A stretch of 64,000 bases of DNA. Source: an uncultured Porphyromonadaceae bacterium (GTDB taxonomy: Bacteria > Bacteroidota > Bacteroidia > Bacteroidales > Muribaculaceae). The translations under genes and the position numbers were made by a program. Below are positions 36,264-44,975 of this stretch, piece by piece. The stretch's first letter is position 1; the number at the start of each line of letters is the position of its first letter. The notes below the pieces were generated by a model. That model saw only the letters and a program-made list of their open reading frames with translations. It ran no database searches and was not told the DNA's origin. The DNA is taken from assembly GCA_900541865.1 (NCBI GenBank), contig UQLO01000005.1, forward strand, positions 19,177 to 83,176, read 5' to 3'.

Positions 36264-37174
36264 CTGTTCTGTTCGTCGCCTTTCTTTATCTGGTCCAGGC
36301 GCGTCTGGTCTGTGGGGTAAATGGGCTCAAGAAGGTTGTAGACGCGGGTTCGCTCTTCCTGCGGCGCCTTGGAGTAGATATTAACCAACTCGTCGAGCTT
36401 GGCATCCTTGAACATGGACAGAGCCACGCTCATCGGCGAGGTCGAGTGGATCGACCCTATTGTTTGCAGGGCCTCCGTCACGGTGGCGCGTCCGCGGTCG
36501 ACCGAAGTCGCCATCTGGTCAAGGCCCAGCCTGTGGTAGCGGTAGGTGAGGTCGCGGATGCCGCTGGTGGCCGGGTCGGTGTAGGCCGACAGCACCGCCG
36601 AGCGGTTCTTGTTGTCCTCGAAGGCCTTCCAGCCCGTTTCACCGCTGCTCTGGGCCATCTGTACTATCTGCTTGAGGCGTTCCCAATATGTTTCGCCGCC
36701 GTTGGGCGCGAAGCTGTCGAAGTCCACTGCCAGTATGAGATAGGCGTAGAAGTTGAGGATGGCCGTTATCTGGCTCTCCATATTGTTGATGGAGTAAACA
36801 AGTGGCTCATTCTCCCGGTATTCGAAGTCTATCTTGGTGTCTTTGAAGTTTATAAGTGTGGTGGTGTACGAGCTGTTGTACACCGGACGCAACGACTGGA
36901 CCTGCAGGTCGCCTTTGAGCACGTCGTCTTCGTACTCCTTGATGGTGAAGAAGAGACGACATTCGATTTTCTCGTTGGGCGAGAACTGGGCGTTGGTGAA
37001 CACTGTGGTGTTCATGTACTCCGAGATAGCCTGCTGGAGGGTCTCGAATACGCTCTTGGAACCTGATATTTGGTCTGCGTTGACGGTGACTGTGCAGTTA
37101 AGTTCCTGAGCTCGGATGCCGAAGACGGCAAGGAGGCTCAGCAAGGAGAGTAGTGTTCGCTGCAGTGTTGTCAT
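36260..37174 (-). CDS. DUF4835 domain protein (secreted; conserved recN neighbour in Bacteroidota)
   Basis: Signal peptide. 304 aa. Overlaps recN by 4 nt. Context-typical. Confidence 0.55.
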   Translation of the reverse strand: MTTLQRTLLSLLSLLAVFGIRAQELNCTVTVNADQISGSKSVFETLQQAISEYMNTTVFTNAQFSPNEKIECRLFFTIKEYEDDVLKGDLQVQSLRPVYNSSYTTTLINFKDTKIDFEYRENEPLVYSINNMESQITAILNFYAYLILAVDFDSFAPNGGETYWERLKQIVQMAQSSGETGWKAFEDNKNRSAVLSAYTDPATSGIRDLTYRYHRLGLDQMATSVDRGRATVTEALQTIGSIHSTSPMSVALSMFKDAKLDELVNIYSKAPQEERTRVYNLLEPIYPTDQTRLDQIKKGDEQNR

Positions 37175-37192
37175 TTTTTTTGCTTGGTAGGT

Positions 37193-38407
37193 CTATTTTT
37201 TTGAGGCGTGTGCGGCGATGCGTTCCAGTATTGCTGCCGCCACTTCGCTTTTGGGCATCAAAGGCAATTCGTCGGCAGCATCGCAAGTGATTATAGTCAC
37301 CTTGTTGGTGTCGGTCCCGAATCCCGCGCCCTTGTCGGCCAGGGAGTTCATCACTATCATATCCAGCCCTTTGCGGCGCAGTTTGTCGCGGCCGTTTTCA
37401 AGGCCGTTTTCGGTCTCGAGGGCGAAGCCGGTCAGATATTGGCCGGGGCGGCGCAGGGCTGCCAGGGTAGCGGATATATCGGGATTGCGAACAAGTGCGA
37501 TGGAGTCAACGTTGTCGCGCTCGCGCTTGATTTTGTGGGTGGCCGGATGGGCCGGCGCGTAGTCCGCCACGGCGGCCGCGAAGATGGCGATGTCGGCATC
37601 GGCGAAGGCTGTCTGAGCGGCTTCGAGCATCTGGCGAGCGCTCTCTACGTCGACGCGGCGTATGGCCGGGTTGTCGATGTGCTGCGCCGACGGGCCCGCA
37701 ACCAGTGTTACCTCCGCTCCCATTGCCGCGGCCTGCTCGGCAAGGGCAAAGCCCATCTTCCCGGTGGAGAAGTTGCCGATAAAGCGCACCGGGTCAATGC
37801 GTTCGTAGGTGGGCCCGGCTGTAATAACAACTTTTTTGCCCTTAAGCGGCTGCCCTTGCGCGAAGTATCGCTCGAGGGCGGCAACGATGTTTTCAGGCTC
37901 TTCCATACGCCCCTTGCCGCTCAGGCCGCTGGCAAGCTCGCCGCTGGCGGCCTCTACCACGTGCACACCATCGGCGCGCAGTGTCTCCAGATTGCGCCGC
38001 GTGGTGGGGTGGAGCATCATGTCGAAGTCCATCGCCGGAGCAACAAACACCGGGGCGCGCGACGACAGGTAGCTCGTCACCAGCATATTGTCGGCAACCC
38101 CCGTGCCCATCTTGGCCAGTGTGCATGCCGTCGCCGGAGCTATTACCATGGCGTCGGCCCAGAGGCCCAGGTCGACGTGAGAGTGCCACTCGCCGGTGTT
38201 GGCCGTAAAAAACTCGCTTATTACGGGCTTCTGGCTCAAGGTGGAAAAGGTCAGAGGACGCACAAACTCCAGGGCGGCCTTGGTGGCCACTACCTGAACT
38301 TCGGCACCGGCCTTCACCAGCAGCCGCAGCAGCGAAACGCTTTTGTACACCGCGATGCCTCCGGTGATGCCCAGCACTATGTGCTTGCCGGTCAGAACTC
38401 CGCTCAT
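37193..38407 (-). CDS. coaBC: Bifunctional phosphopantothenoylcysteine decarboxylase / phosphopantothenate-cysteine ligase
   Basis: N-terminal flavoprotein KHIVLGITGGIAVYK and a C-terminal CoaB domain. Confidence 0.9.
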   Translation of the reverse strand: MSGVLTGKHIVLGITGGIAVYKSVSLLRLLVKAGAEVQVVATKAALEFVRPLTFSTLSQKPVISEFFTANTGEWHSHVDLGLWADAMVIAPATACTLAKMGTGVADNMLVTSYLSSRAPVFVAPAMDFDMMLHPTTRRNLETLRADGVHVVEAASGELASGLSGKGRMEEPENIVAALERYFAQGQPLKGKKVVITAGPTYERIDPVRFIGNFSTGKMGFALAEQAAAMGAEVTLVAGPSAQHIDNPAIRRVDVESARQMLEAAQTAFADADIAIFAAAVADYAPAHPATHKIKRERDNVDSIALVRNPDISATLAALRRPGQYLTGFALETENGLENGRDKLRRKGLDMIVMNSLADKGAGFGTDTNKVTIITCDAADELPLMPKSEVAAAILERIAAHASKK

Positions 38408-39168
38408 TTGCGCAGGCGTTGTTTGATGCGTGTGAAGGCCTTCTTGGTGTTGTCGGCGAAGTCGCCGTTCATTATCCAGTTGTAGTAACCGGGGTCGGCG
38501 GACAGCACCTCCTCGGCCAGACGGCCTTTATACTTTCCGAAGTTCACCACTTCGCGGTGCTGCTCATCGTAAATCAAACGACCCATTAGGTCGACGTTGC
38601 GGTTCTGCGAGGCGTAGTCCGACAGTCCCTCGATTTCGGTGGGCACATCGTCGTACTTCTCCAGCTGGGCAAGCAGCACTTCCATTGTGGCGCGGGTGTC
38701 GGCCAGGGCCGAATGGGCGTCGTCGAGGTTCTTGCCGCAGTAGTAGCTGTAGGCAGCCGTCAGCGTGCGAGGCTCTTTCTTGTGGTAGATTGTCTGCACG
38801 TCGACGAAGCGTGCGCGCGAGATGTCGAAGTCGACCTGGGCGCGGGCAAATTCCTGGTCGAGAAGCGGTATGTCGAAGCGGTTGCTGTTGAATCCGGCTA
38901 TGTCGCAGCCCGTCAGCAGTCGCGCCAGAGAGGCCGCTATCTGACGGAAGGTGGGTTCGGCGGCTACGTCCTCGTCGGTGATGTGGTGCACGGCGGTGGC
39001 TTCTTCCGGTATATGCATCTCCGGGTTGATGCGGCGTGTGCGCTCCACTACGCTGCCGTCGGGCATGAGTTTTACAACGGAGATTTCGACGATGCGGTCG
39101 TGGTTTATGTTGGTGCCGGTGGTCTCCAAGTCGAAGAAGGCCAGAGGGCGGGTGAGCTTGAGCTTCAT
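38404..39168 (-). CDS. DEDDh 3'-5' exonuclease (DnaQ/epsilon-like) domain protein
   Basis: Exo I FFDLETTG and Exo III HSALADT. Confidence 0.75.
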   Translation of the reverse strand: MKLKLTRPLAFFDLETTGTNINHDRIVEISVVKLMPDGSVVERTRRINPEMHIPEEATAVHHITDEDVAAEPTFRQIAASLARLLTGCDIAGFNSNRFDIPLLDQEFARAQVDFDISRARFVDVQTIYHKKEPRTLTAAYSYYCGKNLDDAHSALADTRATMEVLLAQLEKYDDVPTEIEGLSDYASQNRNVDLMGRLIYDEQHREVVNFGKYKGRLAEEVLSADPGYYNWIMNGDFADNTKKAFTRIKQRLRK

Positions 39169-39187
39169 TGGTCTGATTCTTCCTGAA

Positions 39188-40318
39188 TTAGAATTCGCCT
39201 ACAGTCATCGGGGCCAGCAGCATCAGCAGCTCCGTGTTGTCGGCTTCTTCGCCGGGACGGAAAACGCCGGGACGTGCGGCATCGCCAAGGTTCACTATCA
39301 CCTCTTCGCCCTTGAGGGTCGAAAGGATTTCGGCTATGCACGAGGCGCTGAAGCCGATGGTGAGCTCATTGCCGGAATAGGAGCAGGGCACCTGTTCGCG
39401 GGCCGAACTGCACAGCGCGGGGTCGTTGCTCTTGAGCAGCACGCTCTCCGAAGTGAGGCGGAATTTCTCCAGTCCGCCCTGTTCCTCGACGAAGAGGCCC
39501 ACGCGACGCACAGCGTTGAGAAGCGCCACGCGGTCGATGGTCAGGATGTTGGTGTTGTTCTTGGGCAGTACGCGCATATAGTCAGGGTAGTTGCCGTTCA
39601 GGAAGGTGCACTCGAAGCTGAAGCCTTCGCTCTCGACGCGGGCGCTCCGCGAAGTCATGGTGAAGTTGAGCGACTCTTCCTTGGCGAATACGTTCTTGAT
39701 CACGTTGGCCGGCTTGGTGGGGATGACGCACTTGCCCACAACGCCGGGTGCCGTGCGGCGGTCGATGTAGCGAACCAGTTTGCGGGTATCGGTGGCAACA
39801 TAGGTCACGCTGTCGGGCTGGATGTCCATCAGCACACCCTGCATGATCATGCGGTACTGGTCGGTGGAGGCGGCGAACATGGTGTTGTCCAGACCTTCGA
39901 TGAACTGCGAAGTGGCCAGACTGAACGAGATGGTGTCGCCACCCTCGGCAAGTGCCTTGAACGCCGGATACTGGTCGGAGGGTATGCCCACGAAGGTATA
40001 GTTGCCGCTGGCATAGGAGAGGTTGACTTCGAGTGTCTCCTCGTTGACCTTCACTTCGACACCCTGGTCGGGCAGTTCTTTCAGAAGATCCACCAGACGG
40101 CGGGCGCCAAGGCACAGGCTGCCGTTGCCCGACGACGATGCCACCTCAAGGCGGGCCGTCAGAGCGTTTTCCTCGTCGGAGCCGGTGAGGTAGAGCACGC
40201 CGTCCTCAAGGCGGAGCAGGAAATTGTCCAGTATGAGCAGGGAGTTCTTGCTGTTTATGACCTTGCTGACTGCGGAGGCGGCGTTGTAGAGCGTTTTGCT
40301 CGAGATGCTGAATTTCAT
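39188..40318 (-). CDS. dnaN: DNA polymerase III beta subunit (sliding clamp)
   Basis: MKFSISSKTLYNAASAVSKVINSKNSLLILDNFLL. The ORF extends upstream, but the conserved start is MKFSIS. Confidence 0.9.
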   Translation of the reverse strand: MKFSISSKTLYNAASAVSKVINSKNSLLILDNFLLRLEDGVLYLTGSDEENALTARLEVASSSGNGSLCLGARRLVDLLKELPDQGVEVKVNEETLEVNLSYASGNYTFVGIPSDQYPAFKALAEGGDTISFSLATSQFIEGLDNTMFAASTDQYRMIMQGVLMDIQPDSVTYVATDTRKLVRYIDRRTAPGVVGKCVIPTKPANVIKNVFAKEESLNFTMTSRSARVESEGFSFECTFLNGNYPDYMRVLPKNNTNILTIDRVALLNAVRRVGLFVEEQGGLEKFRLTSESVLLKSNDPALCSSAREQVPCSYSGNELTIGFSASCIAEILSTLKGEEVIVNLGDAARPGVFRPGEEADNTELLMLLAPMTVGEF

Positions 40319-40479
40319 ATTGTATGTCGTGTTTTTTGTTTTTTCTTTTGATGAGGGCGCCGGAAGGGGCCGCAAAGACCGAATAAGAACATTCGGGTTC
40401 AATGTGCAAAAGTAATATTTTTTCCCCGCATTTGCAAGACCCTACAAAAAAAGCGCGCGCGTGGGAATGCTTTTATTGG

Positions 40480-40516
40480 CTTTTATTGGCATCTCGCGAT
40501 TTATGTGCTATCTTTG
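40480..40516 (+). promoter_or_regulatory. Candidate -7 box TATCTTTG (40509-40516) with weak upstream elements, for the helicase gene
   Basis: Matches TAnnTTTG. A duplicated ttttattggc lies immediately upstream. Confidence 0.3.
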
Positions 40517-40603
40517 CAAAGATATGCGCCGGAGGTATTGGCTGCGAACCTTAGTTAGACCCGTGCGTTTATATCTTAGACAAGTTCTAAAAACATAACT
40601 GAC

Positions 40604-42292
40604 ATGACATTCCAAGAATTAGGAGTTCGCGACGATCTTCTGCGCGGCATTGCCGGGTTGGGCTTCGAAGTCCCCATGCCCGTGCAGGAAAAAGTTATTC
40701 CGCGCCTGCTCGAAGGCGACAGAGACCTCGTGGCTCTCGCTCAGACCGGTACCGGCAAAACGGCCGCTTTCGGTCTACCCATCATACAACGCATCGACAC
40801 CTCCCGCAATGTGCCTCAGGCCCTTGTGCTCGCCCCTACCCGCGAGCTATGCCTCCAGATTGCCGGAGACCTCGCCGACTTCGCCAAGTATGTTCCCGAC
40901 CTTGAGATTCTTCCCGTCTACGGCGGCTCGAGCATCGAAAGTCAGATTCGCGCTCTCCGCAAGGGTGTGCAGATCATTGTGGCTACACCGGGACGACTCA
41001 TTGACCTTATAAACCGAGGCGTCGTCAAACTCGACGACGTGCACACCGTGGTCCTCGACGAGGCCGACGAAATGCTCAACATGGGCTTCGTCGATTCCAT
41101 CAACGATATTCTCGCACATGTGCCCGACGACCGAAAGATGCTGATGTTCAGCGCAACAATGCCCCCGGAGGTTGCTAAAATAGCCAAACGCTTCATGCGC
41201 GACCCCGAAGAAATCGTAATCGGAACGCGAAACGAGGGCGCCAAGAACGTGCGGCACATTTACTACATGGTCAATGCGCGCGACAAATATCTGGCCCTAA
41301 AGCGAATCGCCGACAATAACCCCAATATCTACGCAATCATCTTCTGCCGCACCCGCCGCGACACCCAGGAGATTGCCGACAAGCTCATCTCCGACGGCTA
41401 CAACGCCGACGCCCTCCACGGCGACCTCAGCCAGCAGCAGCGCGACATCGTGATGCGCAAGTTCCGCGACCGCGTGATAACCCTACTGGTGGCTACCGAC
41501 GTGGCCGCTCGAGGCCTCGACGTCGACGACCTCACACACGTGATAAACTACGGTCTGCCCGACGATACGGCCGTCTACACCCACCGGTCGGGACGTACCG
41601 GCCGCGCAGGAAAGACGGGTGTGTCGGTGGCTATTATCCACTCACGCGAGAAGGGCAAACTCCGAGAGATCGAGCGCATTATCGGAAAGAAGTTCGAACG
41701 CCGCGAAGTGCCTACTCCCGAGCATATTATCGAAAAGCAGCTCTACAACCTCGCCGACCGCCTCGAGCGCGTTGAGGTCAACGATGCCGAAATCGACAAA
41801 TACATCCCCGGTGTGGCCAAGAAGCTTTCGTGGCTCTCGGCCGAAGATCTCCTCAAGCGCGTTCTCTCCCTGGAATTCAACCGACTGCTGGCTTACTATA
41901 AGGACGCTCCCAAGCTCGACTTCATCGACGAGAAGCCGGCGAAGGCCGAACGTCGTGCCGGCCGCGACCACTCCGGCAAGCGCTCCGACCAGGAGAAAGA
42001 CCGTCGAACCGCCGAGAAAGGTATGGAACGGCTCTACATCAACCTGGGCAAAGGCGATGGTTTCTACGCCGGAAACCTCATCGACATGCTCAACAAAAAT
42101 GTCGGAGGTCAGCGCGTCGACGTGGGCCGAATAGACCTGATGCCCTCTTACTCGCTCTTCGACGTCAAGAAGGCCGACGCCCGTCGTGTGGTATCCGCCC
42201 TCAAGGGCTTGGAATTCTTCGGAAAGCGTGTTTTCAGCGAAGTGGCCGACCCTGACCGCGACTACGCCGCTATCTCGAAAAAGAAAAAATGA
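40604..42292 (+). CDS. deaD: DEAD-box ATP-dependent RNA helicase with a C-terminal DbpA-type RNA-binding domain
   Basis: Q-motif, AQTGTGKT, VLDEADEM and SAT motifs. A basic/acidic linker, then a DbpA-like C-terminal domain. Confidence 0.9.
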   Translation: MTFQELGVRDDLLRGIAGLGFEVPMPVQEKVIPRLLEGDRDLVALAQTGTGKTAAFGLPIIQRIDTSRNVPQALVLAPTRELCLQIAGDLADFAKYVPDLEILPVYGGSSIESQIRALRKGVQIIVATPGRLIDLINRGVVKLDDVHTVVLDEADEMLNMGFVDSINDILAHVPDDRKMLMFSATMPPEVAKIAKRFMRDPEEIVIGTRNEGAKNVRHIYYMVNARDKYLALKRIADNNPNIYAIIFCRTRRDTQEIADKLISDGYNADALHGDLSQQQRDIVMRKFRDRVITLLVATDVAARGLDVDDLTHVINYGLPDDTAVYTHRSGRTGRAGKTGVSVAIIHSREKGKLREIERIIGKKFERREVPTPEHIIEKQLYNLADRLERVEVNDAEIDKYIPGVAKKLSWLSAEDLLKRVLSLEFNRLLAYYKDAPKLDFIDEKPAKAERRAGRDHSGKRSDQEKDRRTAEKGMERLYINLGKGDGFYAGNLIDMLNKNVGGQRVDVGRIDLMPSYSLFDVKKADARRVVSALKGLEFFGKRVFSEVADPDRDYAAISKKKK

Positions 42293-42304
42293 CAAAACTT
42301 GCAT

Positions 42305-42345
42305 AAAAAGCGGCGCCCCGGGGAAATTCCTCGGGGCGCCGCTTT
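42305..42345. terminator. Bidirectional rho-independent terminator between convergent genes
   Basis: 11-bp GC stem GCGGCGCCCCG/CGGGGCGCCGC with A-run and T-run flanks. Confidence 0.6.
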
Positions 42346-42366
42346 GAATAGGGTCGAAGAGGCGGA

Positions 42367-43068
42367 TTATTTCTCGGCCTCGGGGGCGATGAGCTTGTAG
42401 CCCTTGCCGTGGATGTTGATGATTTCGATGGAGGGATCGTCCTTGAGATGCTTGCGCAGCTTGGTGATGTAGACGTCCATGCTGCGGGCGTTGAAGTAGT
42501 TGTCGTCGATCCAGATGGTCTTCAGGGCGTAGTTGCGTTCCAGAATTTCGTTGACGTGGGCGCAAAGAAGACTCAGCAGCTCGCTTTCCTTGGTGGTGAG
42601 CTTGGTGATTTTGTCGCCTATCATCAGCACCTGCTTCTGGGTGTCGAAGGTAAATTTGCCGATTTTGTACATAGTGATTTCGCGGCCCTTCTTGCCCTTT
42701 ACGCGGCGAAGGATGGCCTCGATGCGGAATACCAGCTCCTCCATCGAGAAGGGCTTGGTGATGTAGTCGTCGGCTCCGATTTTGAAGCCCTCGAAGATAT
42801 CGTCCTTCAGGCTCTTGGCCGTCAGGAAGATGATGGGCACTTCGGAGTTGACGTTGCGTATTTCGGTCGCAAGGGTGAAGCCGTCTTTTTTAGGCATCAT
42901 CACGTCCAGAGCGCAGATGTCGTACTTGCCTTTGAGGAATGCTTTGTAGCCGGCCTCGCCGTCGGCGAAGAGGTCTGCGTTGTATCCCTTGGCCTGAAGG
43001 TACTCACGAAGGAGCATGCCAAGGTTTTCGTCGTCTTCGCACAGAAGAATTCTCATACGGTCTTCCAT
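42367..43068 (-). CDS. OmpR-family response regulator
   Basis: Receiver MRILLCEDDENL...DVMMP plus a winged-helix C-terminus. Confidence 0.85.
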   Translation of the reverse strand: MEDRMRILLCEDDENLGMLLREYLQAKGYNADLFADGEAGYKAFLKGKYDICALDVMMPKKDGFTLATEIRNVNSEVPIIFLTAKSLKDDIFEGFKIGADDYITKPFSMEELVFRIEAILRRVKGKKGREITMYKIGKFTFDTQKQVLMIGDKITKLTTKESELLSLLCAHVNEILERNYALKTIWIDDNYFNARSMDVYITKLRKHLKDDPSIEIINIHGKGYKLIAPEAEK

Positions 43069-43073
43069 AGTGT

Positions 43074-44606
43074 TCAGTTTTTAGAGAGTGGGAGTATTAT
43101 TATGAATTTTGTTCCGGTGTTGTATTCGCTCTCGACGCTTATGCTGCCGCCGAGATCGGTGATGATTTTGCGCACATAGGCCAGCCCCAGACCGAAGCCC
43201 TTGACGTCGTGGCGGTTGCCGGTCGACACGCGGTAGAATTTCTCGAAGATTTTCTTCAGGTCGTCGCGACGTATGCCTATGCCGTTGTCGCTGATGGTGA
43301 TTTCGAGCCGGTCTTCGTCGAGGTCGCGGCTGGCCACGGTGAGTTTGAGGTCGCGATCTTCGGAGCGATACTTTACGGCGTTGTCGAGCAGGTTGAATAT
43401 CACGTTGGTGAAGTGCATCTCGTCGACTTCGACGATGGCATCCATGGCGTCCAGATCGGCCGATATGCTGCCGCCGTATTTCTCCACTTTGAGTTTGAAG
43501 GTGTTCACCACGTTGAATATAACCGTGTTGGCATCGACTTCTTCGAGTTTGAAGGTCGACTTCTGGCGGTCGAACATACTCATCTGGAGCACTTTCTCGA
43601 CTTGGAATCGAAGGCGCTTGGTTTCGTCTGTGATCACGGTGGCTATCTGCTGAAGCATTGTCGGGCTCTTGCGCACGCTTTGGTCGTTGAGCATCTGCGC
43701 CGCAAGGCTGATCGACGAGATGGGCGTCTTGAACTCGTGCGTCATATTGTTGATGAAGTCGTTCTTCATCTCGGTGAGTTTCTTCTGGCGGAAGGCCATC
43801 ACTATGGTATAGACGAATATCACAATCAGGATGAGTGTGAAGGCAAAGGCCGGCACCATGAACGATATGCTCGAGAAGATATAGTCCTTCTTGGTCGGAA
43901 AATACACCTTGAGATAGTTCGTAGGCCCGTTGGCGTCGTTAGGGAACAGGGGCTGCACGAACATATTGTCGCGGTCGGAAGGGCCGGCCTCGAAGTTGCG
44001 GCTTTTGTAGACGGCGGTGCCGTTGAAGTTCACCACGGCGAACTCGAAGGGTACGCGAAGCCCGAGCGTGTCAAGCTCTTCGCGCAGGTACGACGACACT
44101 AAGGCCGAGTCGGCGCGCTCGGAGATGGGGCGGCTGGCTGCTGTGCTGACTATGTTGAGTATCACCTCGTCGAGCAAACCTTTCTGGTAGATATAGCGGT
44201 TGCGGTAGGCCTCCTGCGCGGTGCGGTAGTGGCGGGCAAGGCCGCCGGCGTTGGCGCGACGCAGCATGGAGATTTCGCCGGCCGCGCCTTTGATGGTGAT
44301 GTCGGTCTCAAGGCCTGTTGAGGTTGTGAACGAGTACTTTATGCCGTCCTGGTCGGATACCGGTTGGTCGACGTAGGTGGCCAGTGTCGACGTCTGCACC
44401 TGCTGGAGGTCGTCTTCGAGGAAGTGGCGCGTTTCGTCCTGCTCGAGGCGCATCGCAACGGCCACCAGGCTCTGGCGGACGCCCTGCGAGAACTGCTCGT
44501 AGCGTATCTGAACGATGTTTTTCATATAGAAAATCTGTATGCACAGCAGTCCGATGAAGGTTAGGGCCATCACCACTGCCAGTATCCAGATAGTCGATTT
44601 CTTCAT
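43074..44606 (-). CDS. Sensor histidine kinase (two TM helices, HisKA, HATPase_c)
   Basis: H-box MTHEFKTPISSI, and N/G boxes near the C-terminus. Confidence 0.85.
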   Translation of the reverse strand: MKKSTIWILAVVMALTFIGLLCIQIFYMKNIVQIRYEQFSQGVRQSLVAVAMRLEQDETRHFLEDDLQQVQTSTLATYVDQPVSDQDGIKYSFTTSTGLETDITIKGAAGEISMLRRANAGGLARHYRTAQEAYRNRYIYQKGLLDEVILNIVSTAASRPISERADSALVSSYLREELDTLGLRVPFEFAVVNFNGTAVYKSRNFEAGPSDRDNMFVQPLFPNDANGPTNYLKVYFPTKKDYIFSSISFMVPAFAFTLILIVIFVYTIVMAFRQKKLTEMKNDFINNMTHEFKTPISSISLAAQMLNDQSVRKSPTMLQQIATVITDETKRLRFQVEKVLQMSMFDRQKSTFKLEEVDANTVIFNVVNTFKLKVEKYGGSISADLDAMDAIVEVDEMHFTNVIFNLLDNAVKYRSEDRDLKLTVASRDLDEDRLEITISDNGIGIRRDDLKKIFEKFYRVSTGNRHDVKGFGLGLAYVRKIITDLGGSISVESEYNTGTKFIIILPLSKN

Positions 44607-44975
44607 TGTTTCGTTTAACCTATGTTATGTTAACGCATTAAGTTTAGGAAATGTTCCTTATTTTTAACGTTGGAGGCATTTATTAAATTGTGCCCGGTTT
44701 TAACATTTCGCGTCAAAATTAACAAATAAATGTGAAGCAACAAAGCGCATCCCCGTTTTTTTTTCGGGAATGCGCCGTTTTTAGACGAATAGGCCGGTTT
44801 TACCGACGAATTTCAGCTTAATTCTATGTATGTCTTTGCTTTTTGCGCTTTTTCTTGGCGCAGGTGGAGGCGAGGTCGCAGCCCGCGCACGGGTCACGTC
44901 GCAGCTTGCGCGCCAGACCCGCAACGGCAAGCGCCACAACGGCTCCCACGGCTATCCACTGCCACACTGCGCCGC

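Noticed and set aside
39188-40402. Extended N-terminus of dnaN (MNPNVLIRSL...)
   Set aside because: The conserved DnaN start MKFSIS lies 28 codons downstream. The extension has no support.
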